Below the pieces are notes generated by a model. It ran no database searches, was not told where the DNA came from, and saw only the letters and a program-made list of their open reading frames with translations. The translations under genes were made by a program, and so were the position numbers. This document shows, one piece after another, positions 24,110 through 35,765 of a DNA stretch of 64,000 bases. This stretch comes from Bispira polyomma (lineage: Eukaryota), in the NCBI GenBank assembly GCA_965649765.1, contig OZ287750.1, forward strand, positions 2,852,001 to 2,916,000, read 5' to 3'. How positions within the stretch are numbered: position 1 is the stretch's first letter; each line of letters starts with the position of its first letter.

Positions 24110-24245
24110 GCAAGACCGGGTTTTATGTTTCTTTTAACATTTAACCCATTCGATCCATATGTTGTCAACATACAGTGGACACCTCCCCAAAATAATATTT
24201 TATTTTCCATCAGTTCCTCGCAATAGGAAATTGTTAGCACAGCAG

Positions 24246-24915
24246 GGGCCGTATTCACAAAGAGGTCTCAAGTCTCAGACAAAAAACAGGCTCAGAGTTG
24301 AGACTTTGTCTTAGTTGAGACAAAGTCTCAAGTTGCTATCCACAAAAAAGGTCTCAGCTGGGACTAAACTAAGACCAAATCTCAAATCTATAAAATGTAA
24401 ACAAACACATTGTTTGAATATTAGGCAATATTTCATAAAAAATGTTAGTATTTGTGTACTATAATTTTAAACAAGAAAAAATAACCGTGTAGTTTATTTT
24501 TTTATTAATATTTACCATCACATGATCTACTTACGTGGTTGCTGTGGAGCCAAAAAGTGTTGTAAAAGTGTCTCAAAGTAAGGTACTTTTGAGGCAAATG
24601 TTTTGGTTGTTATTTCACATATTTTTGAATCATATGTGCAGTAACAAATAATGGAATATCTCAAGTTTATTTTAAATCATAAAAGCAATAAGTATTGCTC
24701 TTTATTCATACAGATTAATGCTTGAGACTTTTTGTTAAATACTTGAGACACCCCCCAACTATTCTTAACTTTGAGACCAAATCTGAGACAAAAAAATTGG
24801 CTGAGTCGTTTTGTGAATACCACTTAAATTGAGACAATTTTTTGTCTTAGATTTGAGACAAAAGTCTCAGACTTTAGACAAAATATTGACTTAAGACCTT
24901 TTGTGAATAAGGTCC
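24246..24915. mobile_element. Harbinger-type MITE, 670 bp, with 'gagacaaa' subterminal repeats
   Basis: CAG|gggccgtattcacaaagaggtct ... agacctttt gtgaataaggtcc|TAG. Confidence 0.75.
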
Positions 24916-25227
24916 TAGACTCTTTTGTTGATAAAATCATACATGTTAGGCCGTCATTGAAAGCCGAAAGTAGTCTGTGATGTATGTTCTAGTGACTCCA
25001 GCTGTCTGTATTATCCTGAAATATTTCCTTCAGTCCTTACATTTTCTCTTGGGTCAAAAGGGTTAAATGTGTTTTGGGGTTCCATTTTATATTCAACTGT
25101 TCCAATATCATAAACACACACAAGAAACCATTAAAAATGTCAGTTTCAATTTTAGGATAAACCAAACTTTTGTTCCCCCGAAAATAGTTGTAAAAGAGCA
25201 ACTTACGATTACTTAGTGATATAATTT

Positions 25228-25430
25228 GAATTCAGTTGGATTTTACGTCAATCTCAACAGTTTAGGTTATATTTTACATGCCAGGTTCAAAAGTTGGGAA
25301 AAACCGTGCTAAAGCACTGTAAACCACCGGTGTACGGCAAGTACTTAACAAACCTTCTCACATAAGGGAACGAACAGGATTCCACCCCATATCGCCGAGA
25401 GGCCAGTAATTAAGACGCTAATGCTACGTA
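25228..25430 (-). mobile_element. tRNA-derived SINE family B
   Basis: 'gttggattttacgtcaat..gtgctaaagcactgtaaaccaccgg..ggcaagtact..cacat' is shared with 27775 and 28895. Confidence 0.65.
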
Positions 25431-25620
25431 GTACGTAGAGATATAATAGGCTAAATATTCAAGCAATTCAAGGATTCACAGAAAAAATGCCTTTAAATTT
25501 GATGAACAAAAAAATAATAATAATAATAATATCCCAAACCTATAATCAGTACAAGGTGATAATACACTGACATTGCTTTATCCTGTAATTGTCATGGCTT
25601 GTGTCTTGACATTAAAATTT

Positions 25621-26227
25621 AGTTTACAAGGACCTCAGTCTCCCTGAATATACCACAGTTCACTGTTCTAGATGTGTACATTATTACTGTATTAACCCCC
25701 CCCCCCCCGTTTTCTAGGACCTCAGTCTCCCTGAATATACCACAGTTCACTGTGTTCTAAATGTGTACATTATTACTCTATTACCCCCCCCCCCCCACCT
25801 CTCCTTTGTTTTCTAGGACCTTAGTCTCCCCAAATATACAACAGTTCACTTTTCTAGAAGTGTACATTATTACTGTATTAATCCCCCATTTTCTATGACC
25901 TCAGTCTCCCTGAATATACCTTAGTTCACTGTGTTCTAGATGTGTACATTATTACTCTATTACTCCCCTCACCCTTTGTTTTCTATGACCTCAGTATTCC
26001 TGAATATACCATAGTTTACTGTTCTAGATGTGTACATTATTAATTTAATAATCTCCTCCTTTGTTTTCTAGGACCTCAGTATCCCTGGTTTCCACAGTTC
26101 TTCCACTGTGTGTACCATACCTTCCTCTCGACCTTGTTAGCTGTCAGACTGTGTATTCTGGATGTGTACACTATTCCTATGTACCTGGCCTTATAGATGT
26201 GTACATTATTGCTCCTTTGTTTTCTAG
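25621..26227 (+). repeat. Tandem array of splice-acceptor + exon-start copies preceding the last TMEM151-like exon
   Basis: '(ttttctag)gacctcagt' starts at 25631, 25718, 25817, 25897, 25987 and 26072, with the real exon at 26228; units are ~85-100 bp and the last is 156 bp. Confidence 0.93.
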
Positions 26228-26416
26228 GACCTCAGTATCCCTGGTTTCCACAGTTCCCTCACTGTGTGTACCATACCTTCCTCCAGACCTTTTTGGCTGT
26301 CAGACTGTGTATTCTGGACGTGTACAATGTTCCTGTGTACCTGGCCCTATAGAATCCTCTTCAGCAGGAACTCGTGTAAAGTCTACATTGTCTTTGTGAA
26401 ACAACTGGATCTTTGA
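26228..26416 (+). CDS. TMEM151: TMEM151-family protein, terminal exon
   Basis: ttttctag|DLSIPGF...RPFWLSDCVFWTCTMFLCTWPYRILFSRNS...VKQLDL* matches the TMEM151 'PPWY....FW.A.LL.LSWPLR' motif; TGA at 26414-26416. The six-exon model gives 304 aa. Confidence 0.88.
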   Translation, partial: DLSIPGFHSSLTVCTIPSSRPFWLSDCVFWTCTMFLCTWPYRILFSRNSCKVYIVFVKQLDL

Positions 26417-26475
26417 AGACAAAAATGGATGAAACAATTGGGGTACCCTAAAACCTTGTAGATTTATATCAGACT

Positions 26476-26743
26476 GAGTTTGTGGGGAATCGTGATGGAT
26501 TAATAGATGTTGCTTAATGACAGTTTCTACTAATGGTGACTGAATTGTAAATATTAAAGCTGAGGAATGATTTTTTCCATTATGTCCTATGACTTGTGTA
26601 GAAGTGGAGGAGTTTGTGGGGAATCGTGATGGATTAATAGATGTTGCTTAATGACAGTTTCTACTAATGGTGACTGAATTGTAAATATTAAAGCTGAGGA
26701 ATGATTTTTTCCATTATGTCCTATGACTTGTGTAGAAGTGGAG
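26476..26743 (+). repeat. 134-bp tandem duplication in the TMEM151-like 3' UTR
   Basis: 'gagtttgtggggaatcgtgatgg...tagaagtggag' starts at 26476 and 26610, identical by eye. Confidence 0.95.
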
Positions 26744-27774
26744 TAACATTTCTTGTGTATATGTCCTCTTGATAAACCTTTTACGGGAGGTTTTGTATGC
26801 AAAATATTTAGAGACACACTCTGATTTCATGCAATTAACACACAGGAAACTATTAGTCTACTACAAAGAAATCCTAGAAGAAACTTGGCAAATTAATTTC
26901 TTGGCAATTAATAGAAGACACTTTGTGTAGATAAATTGTATGTTGCTATGACTACATGTACATGCTGTAACTATATCTCTTTTGTTTATGTGGCATTCAC
27001 ACTGTCTACGTTCACACCCCGGCGTAGCCCCGGCATTGCCGTTTACTCAAGACCCTTGGAACTTGGCTGATTGGGAATAAAAAAGGAGGAAAATGATCAT
27101 TTGCATATATTTGCATCCCCCGTTTATGCCCAGTTCATGTAATGATTGCTCCAGTGCACTCCAGTTCTGCCAAGATCACACAAGGTCTAAGCAGTTTAAG
27201 CCCTGTTTACACAAGTTCTGAGCAGTTTAAGTCCTGTTTATGCCGTTTCCTCCAGTTCTCTTTAGATGTGCTTTTAGAGCCGTCCGCTCATGGAAGTATT
27301 AAACATGGTCAAAATTTCCGGCTGTAGCTCCCGTTCGTTATGTTTCTTACAAAGATTACATCTCCACAGCTACGAAGGCGGGGGGGTGGGGGGGGGGTGG
27401 GGGGGGTGGGGGGCAGTATAAGACAAGGGAAAAACAAATCAAAATACGCAAGGACAAATTTGTTTTTAGAGATTTCTTTAAGTTGCGGTGTTGTGTCTGG
27501 GCCAGTGTGTATATTTCCTTGTATCTATTCTTTTGTAGTGTTATGTTATTGGCGGTGCATAATGGCCTTTAGATGTCGTATAAAAATACTGTTATTGCTA
27601 CACGTCACTATAATATAAATAAAATCTTGTCATGTCCATGTTGTGTATTGTTATCGGGAAGTTGTTGGCCATAATCTTTGTACAATACTACCATATTACA
27701 TTACTGTACACCACTAAAAGTTGATGTGGGATATACCTACACTAATTGGATCAGTGTGGTATATTTTGAACGTA

Positions 27775-27980
27775 AATTTAGTTGGGTTTTTACGTCAATT
27801 TCACCAGCTTGGGTCCTATCGCGATGACCGGATTTAATGGTGGAGGAAACCAGTGCTAATGCACTGTAAACCACCGGCCTATGGCAAGTACCTGACAAAC
27901 TTTCCCACATGAAAGACCAAACAGGGAGTTGAACCCACAAGGATGAAAGGCCAGTGATTAACCACTAGGCCACCGCAGGT
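27775..27980 (-). mobile_element. tRNA-derived SINE family B
   Basis: Minus strand reads gcggtggcctagtggttaa (A box) ... gggttcaactccc (B box) ... catgtgggaaagtttgtcaggtacttgcc ... gacgtaaaaacccaact. Confidence 0.75.
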
Positions 27981-28894
27981 CCTCACTGAGAGGGGCGTTA
28001 GTGCGGTGTAAAATTATAGTCTAAATGGTCAGAAATTCTGAACAATTTTTAATATTTTGTCCTGCTTTACACAGCAATAAATATATTTGTTTTTGTGTTA
28101 AAATAAGGCAAATAAAAAATCGGCCGTGTAATGCAATTTGTGTCTTTATTCAATTAACTGGATTAAATGGTGTCCTATTGAACCTGTACATAGTCTTTTC
28201 AACGTACACACTTCACCAGCATCCCCACGTATTGTAGTTCACAACTTTATACTACAGGGATCTAGGGATACACTAAAAAAATTCAGACACCATGTTTGTA
28301 GTTTATGTATGTTTGTAGTGAATGTTTTGAATCTGTACAATATACAATATTATTATACTGTTAAATTTGTGAATAAAGTGCTCAAATTAATGTTCGTATT
28401 TGATGTAGTTTTCTGTCTCTTTCTGACCTCGAAAGCTCGAACTAAAGTGTTTACTTTTGCACAATCAAATCTACCATTTTTTACAGGAAACAGGAACTAC
28501 TTTACAAATTGTATTGCATTTTTGATATTGGCGCACCTTATTGATGAGAGTCATCTTCTAAAGCATAACAACAGAGTCAGTTAACCCATAGAGAAATCCA
28601 AACAACATAGCCTTGGTCGTAAGGATGTGGGGATGTACAGGGAGAGAACTAAGGGGAGGTCATTTCTCTTTTCTTTTCGGTCTTGTACTAAAATAGCTCT
28701 ACTATTAGTGATCATTTTATTATCTAAACAATATCTTGCTTCACTAACATGTTCTGATAACAGAAGTTCTACTGTATATTACGAGAGCAGGAGACCTAGG
28801 CAACCTTAAAAGAGAAACTCCTAGCACTAAACAGCGAACACAAGGAAAACATTTTCAATACCAACCTCCAGATGCACTAACAATACAAAGACAT

Positions 28895-29050
28895 TTGAAT
28901 TTATTTGGGTTTTACATCGCTTTCAGCAGCGTAGGTCATCAAATCACAACAGCCATATTTAATGGTAGAAGAAAAACAGTTGTGAAGCACTGTAAACCAC
29001 TCGCCTATGGCAAGTATACCTGACATACTAAACACACAGGTTCATAACAA
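28895..29050 (-). mobile_element. SINE family B, 3' part
   Basis: 'gggttttacatcgctttcagc..agcactgtaaaccac..cctatggcaagta.acctgac'. Confidence 0.6.
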
Positions 29051-29263
29051 TCATCTTTGAAATAAGTTATTACTTGGTACAAAACTGGGAAAGGTACTGG
29101 TACCTTTAAATTTAATATGTAAACTGCACTATTCTTTTCAGTTTTTTTTACAATATTTTTAGAATAAACTGAACAAGAAGCCACAACCATTGCTATGCTG
29201 GCAATGAGTCATTAATTCAATTATATAAAGAATCCGCAGAGAACTTAATCCCCTGATCTTTTA

Positions 29264-29444
29264 TCAGTCATATATAAAAGGGTCCGCTCTGTTCTTTCTC
29301 AAAACAAAGTCAATTTTCCTCCTCATTTCACCGTCGTACAGTCTTTTACATCTCTCGTAGGCCAATCTGTTCCTGGTCTGATGAGGTTTTTCAAAGTACC
29401 TTTGTCGTTTTGCAATTGTCATGATGTCATCATTCTTGAGTATT
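29264..29444 (-). CDS. MRPS21: Mitochondrial ribosomal protein S21 (bS21m), exon 2
   Basis: ttttcag|A ATA: ILKNDDIMTIAKRQRYFEKPHQTRNRLAYERCKRLYDGEMRRKIDFVLRKNRADPFIYD* matches the MRPS21 'RYYEKP..RR.R..YE.C.RIY..EM.RKI.F..RKNR.DP' pattern. Confidence 0.95.
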
Positions 29445-30218
29445 CTGAAAATATAACAAGAGTTGTCTTTTAAAAAAGAGACAGGCATACAGTGTGAGAA
29501 ATATTGATCTGACGCCCCTCGGTTTTGCCAGGTCAATTGTTTTGGTGAAGGCTGAACAGATTATTTCCAGCATATTTCCAGCATGCCGACAACGCCCCTC
29601 AGTTTGGTTGGGTCGATAGCTTCCAAGCAATCTATAAAGACTGTCCTTATTTTTCCAACATTGGGACACTTTCCAACATGGCCGCATCCTTTTCAGAGTG
29701 AAAACAATATTAAGCTGTGCCTGATAAAAACCAATACTTCAAATCTTACTAGTTCTTTAGAACTACAGGTCAACCAGTTACTCTGATAAACTCGAGTATT
29801 GTTATTCATTGTTCAACCAGCACAGTTACTCTGATAAACGCGAGCATTGTAATTCATTGTTCAACCAGCAAAGTTACTCTGATAAACTCGAGTATTGTAA
29901 TTCATTGTTCAACTTGCAAAGACTGACTTATGTGGACACTGTGGTCAAATTTCTGTTGCTGGTGTGTTGTGCCACACTGGCGGTTATGTATGGGAGAACA
30001 ATGAATGGACATCTGCCTTTTGATCAAAATTTTTGGCCTACTGACAAGGAAATATATTTTTTGGTGTTCTGAGAAAAGTTAAAGTTACATATGAAGAATG
30101 TTGTGCAAAGTATTGATAATTATTAATTAAATATGGCCATATTGCGCTCTTATGCTCATAATGCCTAGGACAGCAATAATCAAATTCAGCATTTCAAGCG
30201 TGCATGTCTAACTTGGGA

Positions 30219-31213
30219 TAAACTAGACCTAGCGCATCGGAGAACCGATGCATATTTGTATCCACAAGAAAGACAAAGCACCCTAGGTAGCAAGCACCCT
30301 AGCCAGCACCCAAGCTAGAAGCCTATGATTTCCTATAGGGCATTTATGCTAAAGCCTTAGATGGCACAAGTGGGTTTCACATTGCAAACATGTGGGACCA
30401 TTAAAAAGCGCGATATAGGCACTTTAAAGTTTGGCCTACCCGTTTGACCTTAAACAAGGGGCTAAAGGTCGAATCGGACCACATCAAAAGATTCCTAGGC
30501 CTTGATTTTCTATAGGTTGGTTTGGCACTCCAAACCTCTGGGACCAATAATAAGTGAGATATAGGCACTTTTAAGTTTGGCTGTCCGCATTTGACCTTGG
30601 ACATGGGGCCCAAGGTCAAATCGGACCACATCAACAGATTCCCAGGCCTTGATTTCATACAGGTTGGTTTCAAATTCCAAACCTCTAGGACCAATAATAA
30701 GCGAGATATAGACACTTTTAAGTTTGGCCATCCGCATTTGACTTCGAACGAGGTGCCTAAGGTAAAATTGGACCACATCAAAAGATTCCTAGGTCATGAT
30801 TTCACATAGGTTGGTTTCAAATCCAAAACCTGTTTGACCAAAAATAAGCGAGATGTAGGCACTTCTAAGTTTGGCCATCCCTGTTTGACCTTGAAGTCCA
30901 AGGTCAAATCTAAACACATCAAAAGATTACCTGCTCATGATTTGCTATAGGTGGGTTTCAGACACAGTTTGAAGCCTGATTATTTTCAAAGAAACGCCTG
31001 TGGCGGCCATCTTGTTTTTCAAAAGTGAGGCCAAAATTACTCCCAGGCAAGCTCTTATAATAAAGAACATTTCCTGTCAATTTCAGGAGCGTAGGTGTAA
31101 AAGTTTTCCAAGGAGAGCGGTAACAGTAAAATCTCTACACAAACTACACATAGCGGCGGCATAACAAAGACAAATCCATAGTATCCACCAAAGTTTTTCG
31201 GTGGATACAATAA
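30219..31213. mobile_element. Helentron/DINE-like non-autonomous element (HINE-like) with ~147-bp internal tandem repeats
   Basis: 'gtatccac' near the 5' end (~30258); terminal hairpin gtatccacc-aaagttttc-ggtggatac (~31181-31208); 'g(g/a)cacttt.aagtttggc' at ~30418, 30564, 30711 and 30858; TGACCTT-rich. Confidence 0.6.
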
Positions 31214-31984
31214 TAGCATGTGTGAGTACTAACGACAGAATTTCCAAATCTCGCAAAATATCCGCAACTTTCTTCCACTTCAGATTTACAAATAAATTAA
31301 AACAATTATTATGAGACATCAATATACAGACAAACTTGGTATCTACTAAAGGATTATAATGTAAGCTTCACCTGGGTGTAAGCTTCTTCATTATAACTTC
31401 ATTTTTACAATAATTTTATGTTACACGTTCATAATACCAGTAAGGTCACAATACTGTCCGTTGTATTTTAAAGACTGTACCAACAGAATTAGTGCTGAAA
31501 ACACATGCTAAACAGGGTTTTTCGATGTACTTAAAACAATTACTTTTATCGTAAAATATATACAAAATAAATACAATATGTCCAAAACCCATTTCGTCGA
31601 AAGTCCCATGTATGACCATACTTCATGACTATCAATTAAAGCACAGAATATTTATTTTAGCTAAATCTTCGTTTTAAGCATTCAAATGTGCGTCGAGCAA
31701 TATTGTGACACGACCGGTATTGTGACCCCAGTGTAAAACAATGAATTCATTGGCATTTACCAATGCCCACTTGAAATGCTGAATTGGCCTATAATGTTTC
31801 TCTATTTTCGCCGTCAAAATAACAGTGAGGAATCTTGCCAAGATGGACAGTTAATTCGGTCTACACGGGCATAGAATGGTTTGGCAGTGAAACAATGTCA
31901 TGGGCGATAATACGGCTTTCATGTATACGTTTCATACTACGGTGATATTTTGTATATAAAGTGATAGGTATATTATAAACACAC

Positions 31985-32073
31985 TTTTCTAATTGTCCAT
32001 ATGCTTTTTCAATGTCATTATTTCTCACAAGAATAGTTCTTGCAAAAAAACGAAAGTGAGCCCCGCCACCCAT
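31985..32073 (-). CDS. MRPS21: Mitochondrial ribosomal protein S21 (bS21m), exon 1
   Basis: MGGGAHFRFFARTILVRNNDIEKAYGQLE+AA|gtgtgt; matches the MRPS21 N-terminus 'HLKFIARTVMV..GNVE.AY..L'; phase 2 joins exon 2 to give 89 aa. Confidence 0.95.
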
Positions 32074-32135
32074 GATTGTTTACTGGTTGTTACTAAACGC
32101 CACAATAGATAACGGCTAATAGTTCGGGATAAAAA

Positions 32136-32136
<1 letters not shown>

Positions 32137-32214
<78 letters not shown>
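32137..32214. repeat. (CA)n(TA)n microsatellite ~65 bp upstream of the MRPS21 ATG
   Basis: Directly visible. Confidence 0.97.
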
Positions 32215-32218
<4 letters not shown>

Positions 32219-33174
32219 CACAAACATTTCCCCATGCATGAAATCTAAGGTGAGAGTTTTTACTTGCAACTTTGAATCAAATAATGTATGTAAAATGTTA
32301 AAAAAACCATTAAAATAAATATGGAATACTTGATAGTAGGCAAGATATAATATAGTTGAAATCAACAAACAGTTCTAATAAGTAGTAAACTTTGCAGGAT
32401 AAAAGTTTGTATAGAATGTCTTTATTTTACATCTTTCAACATGGTGTTATGTCAGTATTAAATTATGCTTGCCAAGAACTTTAATTTGAATAACAATTGG
32501 AAGATGGCTTAACGTTAGCAAGGCCAGGGTAAGCTTAAACAGTAACCTTGACAAATACGACAAACCTTTATGCTCTGCAGAAAATAACAATATACTGTAT
32601 ACAACTTTCACTTTGGTAAAATAATATGTGCCAGCAGGTCTTACTTACACCAATTGCTAATATCATTAGCTTGTTACAATCAAGGAAGTCTTTTTCCACC
32701 TTTTAAGTTTGCCTTAGTTGGGCCTATCTCAAACCCTAACTTAATCTGTAAACTCGTGATAAAGGTTTTTGAATGACAGTTTAATAAAGATATTACAGAC
32801 AAGGGGTTGCCAGCTTCTGTCAGACTGTTTTCGGATGTTTTTGCCTCACTAAGAATGCGCTGTGGCACACCCAGTTCCATGTCATACATGCTCTTGGTGG
32901 CTATTGGATGGTAGGTTTACCATTACTAGACCTGACAACTGCCTTGATCCCCATCGACCATATAACACTCAAATATATGTTGCTATAAATGCTGATAATT
33001 GCCAAGACACATTGTTTGGTCTATCAAACTGCCTGGATGTTGTTTACAACTGCAAGCCACATTGTTAAGTGAATAAATTATTTGTTTAGTACTTATAACT
33101 TTCATGTCCACCATTGTACATAAAAAATAACTAGTCATATTATGATTAAAACTTTATACAGCACCCTATTCATG

Positions 33175-34107
33175 TCATCCTCTAAGGCATTCATTTTTCG
33201 AAAGGCATACATATCATAAAAAATTAAAACATTTATAGAGTTTTACAATTGATGAGAAAATCCTCTAAGACACAGATATCCAAAAAGGGAAGGTCCAGGG
33301 CCAAGCAAAAGGCTGTCAACAAAAAGCATCTACCAGGGAAGAGATCAATGAAGGGTGTAGGCCAGTTTTAAAAGGTAAGTTTTGAGATAGCTTCTGCATT
33401 CAGTGATTGTATCCTGTGATCTGACAGTCTGTGGGAGCCTGTTCTATTGATTTTCCTATTTGGTCGGGTCGACGAAACAGAGAGGTGATTTTCCCGGGTA
33501 AGGCTGCTAGACTTATTTACTAAGGACAAATAATGAGGTTGGTTTAGTTTGATAGCTTTAAACACAAGAAGGTTGTAATTAAAAGGAATATACCTTTGAC
33601 AGGTAGCGAGTGAAATTTATTTATATATGTTGAGACATGGCTGAATTTGCCAAGTTTCTACACAATATGGCAAAGGGGGTTTTAGACTCTTTTGAGCATC
33701 GTTATATTCACCTTAGTAATACTATACAGCAAGAAATTGCAACAATTTAGCCGACTACTCACCATGCATGTATTTGCCACCTGCATGGACCATAGTTTTA
33801 AGGCTGAGATACCTGTGTATTCTGCGCAGATCACCTGAACGGTATCAGCAGGCCTAGCAGACACTGGATATATGATTACTGTTGGAGATGTCTTGATCAA
33901 AGAAAACACTTCACTTGCTGGACACATATTGTTGTCCAAGATACTGATCGGGAAACATGATTTCAAATTGTCTCGGCTAGGTAAGGTGACTTTAAGGGAA
34001 ATGAAGTCATTTAACTGATTTTTTACTGCTTTCTCATTGAATTTGGAGATGTAGCTTAACATAGATACTGATGTGTCAAGGTTGGTTTTTGAGAAGTGGA
34101 GAAACAC
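33175..34107 (-). mobile_element. Degenerate L2/CR1 LINE 3' portion
   Basis: Translated remnants 'LKSCFPISILDN', 'VANTCMVSSRLNCCNFLLY', 'FKAIKLNQPHYLS' resemble the ORF2 C-terminus. Confidence 0.75.
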
Positions 34108-34744
34108 GCACAGTTATAAAACAAGATGGAAAAATGCCTTCCTGGTAAGATAAATTGACGATACTGATAATGGGTATAATAAGGATGTAAATAAATACTT
34201 TACCACATGTTAGAATTGAATCCAGATCGCAGGACTATTTTTGGGAGGATAAAATAATTTTTAGGACTTCTGCCTTGGACATAATCCAGAAGGAGGTAAA
34301 AGTGTTGGTTATAGTGGGTAGATGTGATGAGGTCTCATTGATTGTCGGAGAACATATGCTGGTTCGTCATCAGTGGGCAGTGGGATGGTCTCATCTTGCC
34401 CAAGGATGTTATCCCACAAATAAACAGCAACATTAGCATGAGTTGCACCAGGTACCTTCCGATCACCAGAACAACCGCCCTAATAAGGAGTTGAACTGGA
34501 AACCTTCTGATAACCAGACCAACTCCCAAATCACTAGTCTATGGGAGATAACACATATTATGTATGTTAGGTCTGCAACATCAAATTCAAGACATAATCT
34601 CATATTTTTCCGTTGATTTCTTTTTTTTTATTTTTAAGGATAGGTTTTGAGCTTGAAATAGATGACAATAACTAAAGTACAACCTCATGAATTGAACACA
34701 AATCATTTAAAATATTGTATTATATTTTGCATTTTAACAGATCG

Positions 34745-35765
34745 TTTTGATGTAAGACATCCTCTGAAGTGTAACAACAGAATCAAGTCAAAAAGCACAA
34801 CCAAGTCATAAGAAACGATTTGGGGGTGTACGGGAGGGAACTAAGAGGGTAAGCGAGTTTAAAGAGCTAGGGTTTAAGTTTTCTCTTAAACCTAAAAAGT
34901 GTTCATAGTGATCTAACCTTAACAGAGAGACCATTCACTAACATCGGGGCAGTGATTGAGAAAGTTTAAGATCCAGTCTGTGGTGAGTTTAACAGAGGAA
35001 ATATCTTTGAAAGTAGTGACTTGGATTTTAAACAGAATTCCATAATTAATGGGAAGCCAAAGTAATTTGTTGAGGTATTGAGAGACATAAATACAGATGT
35101 CCAGAGGAAAAATGACTCTACATAGATATTGTTAAATAAACAGTAACTAATTAATGTGACATTTTTTTACTCTAAATAGGAGGAAATTGCAGTAGGCGAG
35201 GAAGATACTTACACAGGAATTAACCCCAGTAAAGGCAGTTTCCAGTGATTTTTTATTCTTTTAATATCATAAATGTTATAGTAACAGGAGCGACACATGT
35301 TGTTAATGTCCATTAAATTAGAAAGCACAGTCAATAGTAACACCAAAGTTCTTTATGTTATTAGAAGAGTGTATAACTTTGCCCAGCAGTGCAATGGGGA
35401 ATAATGTTTCTATGTACTAACCGTGTTTCTTGCTACTTATGAGAATTAATTCAGTTTTGTTAGTATATAATTTTAATTTGGAATTATTCATCCAGGCCTG
35501 AACCGAGAAAAGACAGTTAGCAAGTAGACCAAGAATTTTGAGGGCATTGTGTCGACTGAGAGAAAGATGGATCTGAGTGTCATCAGCATGCATGTGGGGT
35601 TTAACAATGTGATTATTCATGCCTGTGCTGAGGGGATGTGTGTAGAGGGTAAAGAGTAGAGGCACGAGGACTAAACCCCTGCAGTACTCCAAAAGGTAGG
35701 TCGAAAGAGGACGAGAAGTGATCATCCAGTTGGTTTTTAAAGGTTCTGACAGCCAGATAGGAACT
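34745..35765 (-). mobile_element. Degenerate L2/CR1 LINE (RT to 3' end)
   Basis: 'LVLVPLLFTLYT..PLS..HMHADDTQIHL..WMNNSKLKL..NKTEL' plus the 3' end family seen at 3835 and 14527. Confidence 0.85.

Noticed and set aside
26061-26399. 112-aa ORF in the track
   Set aside because: Wrong frame; the TMEM151-like frame starts at 26228.
27380-27413. G-runs as functional G-quadruplexes (also ~3952 and ~43554)
   Set aside because: Simple homopolymer-like tracts with no contextual evidence of function.
30401-30809. ORFs with repeated motifs
   Set aside because: They derive from the 147-bp tandem units of the Helentron-like element.
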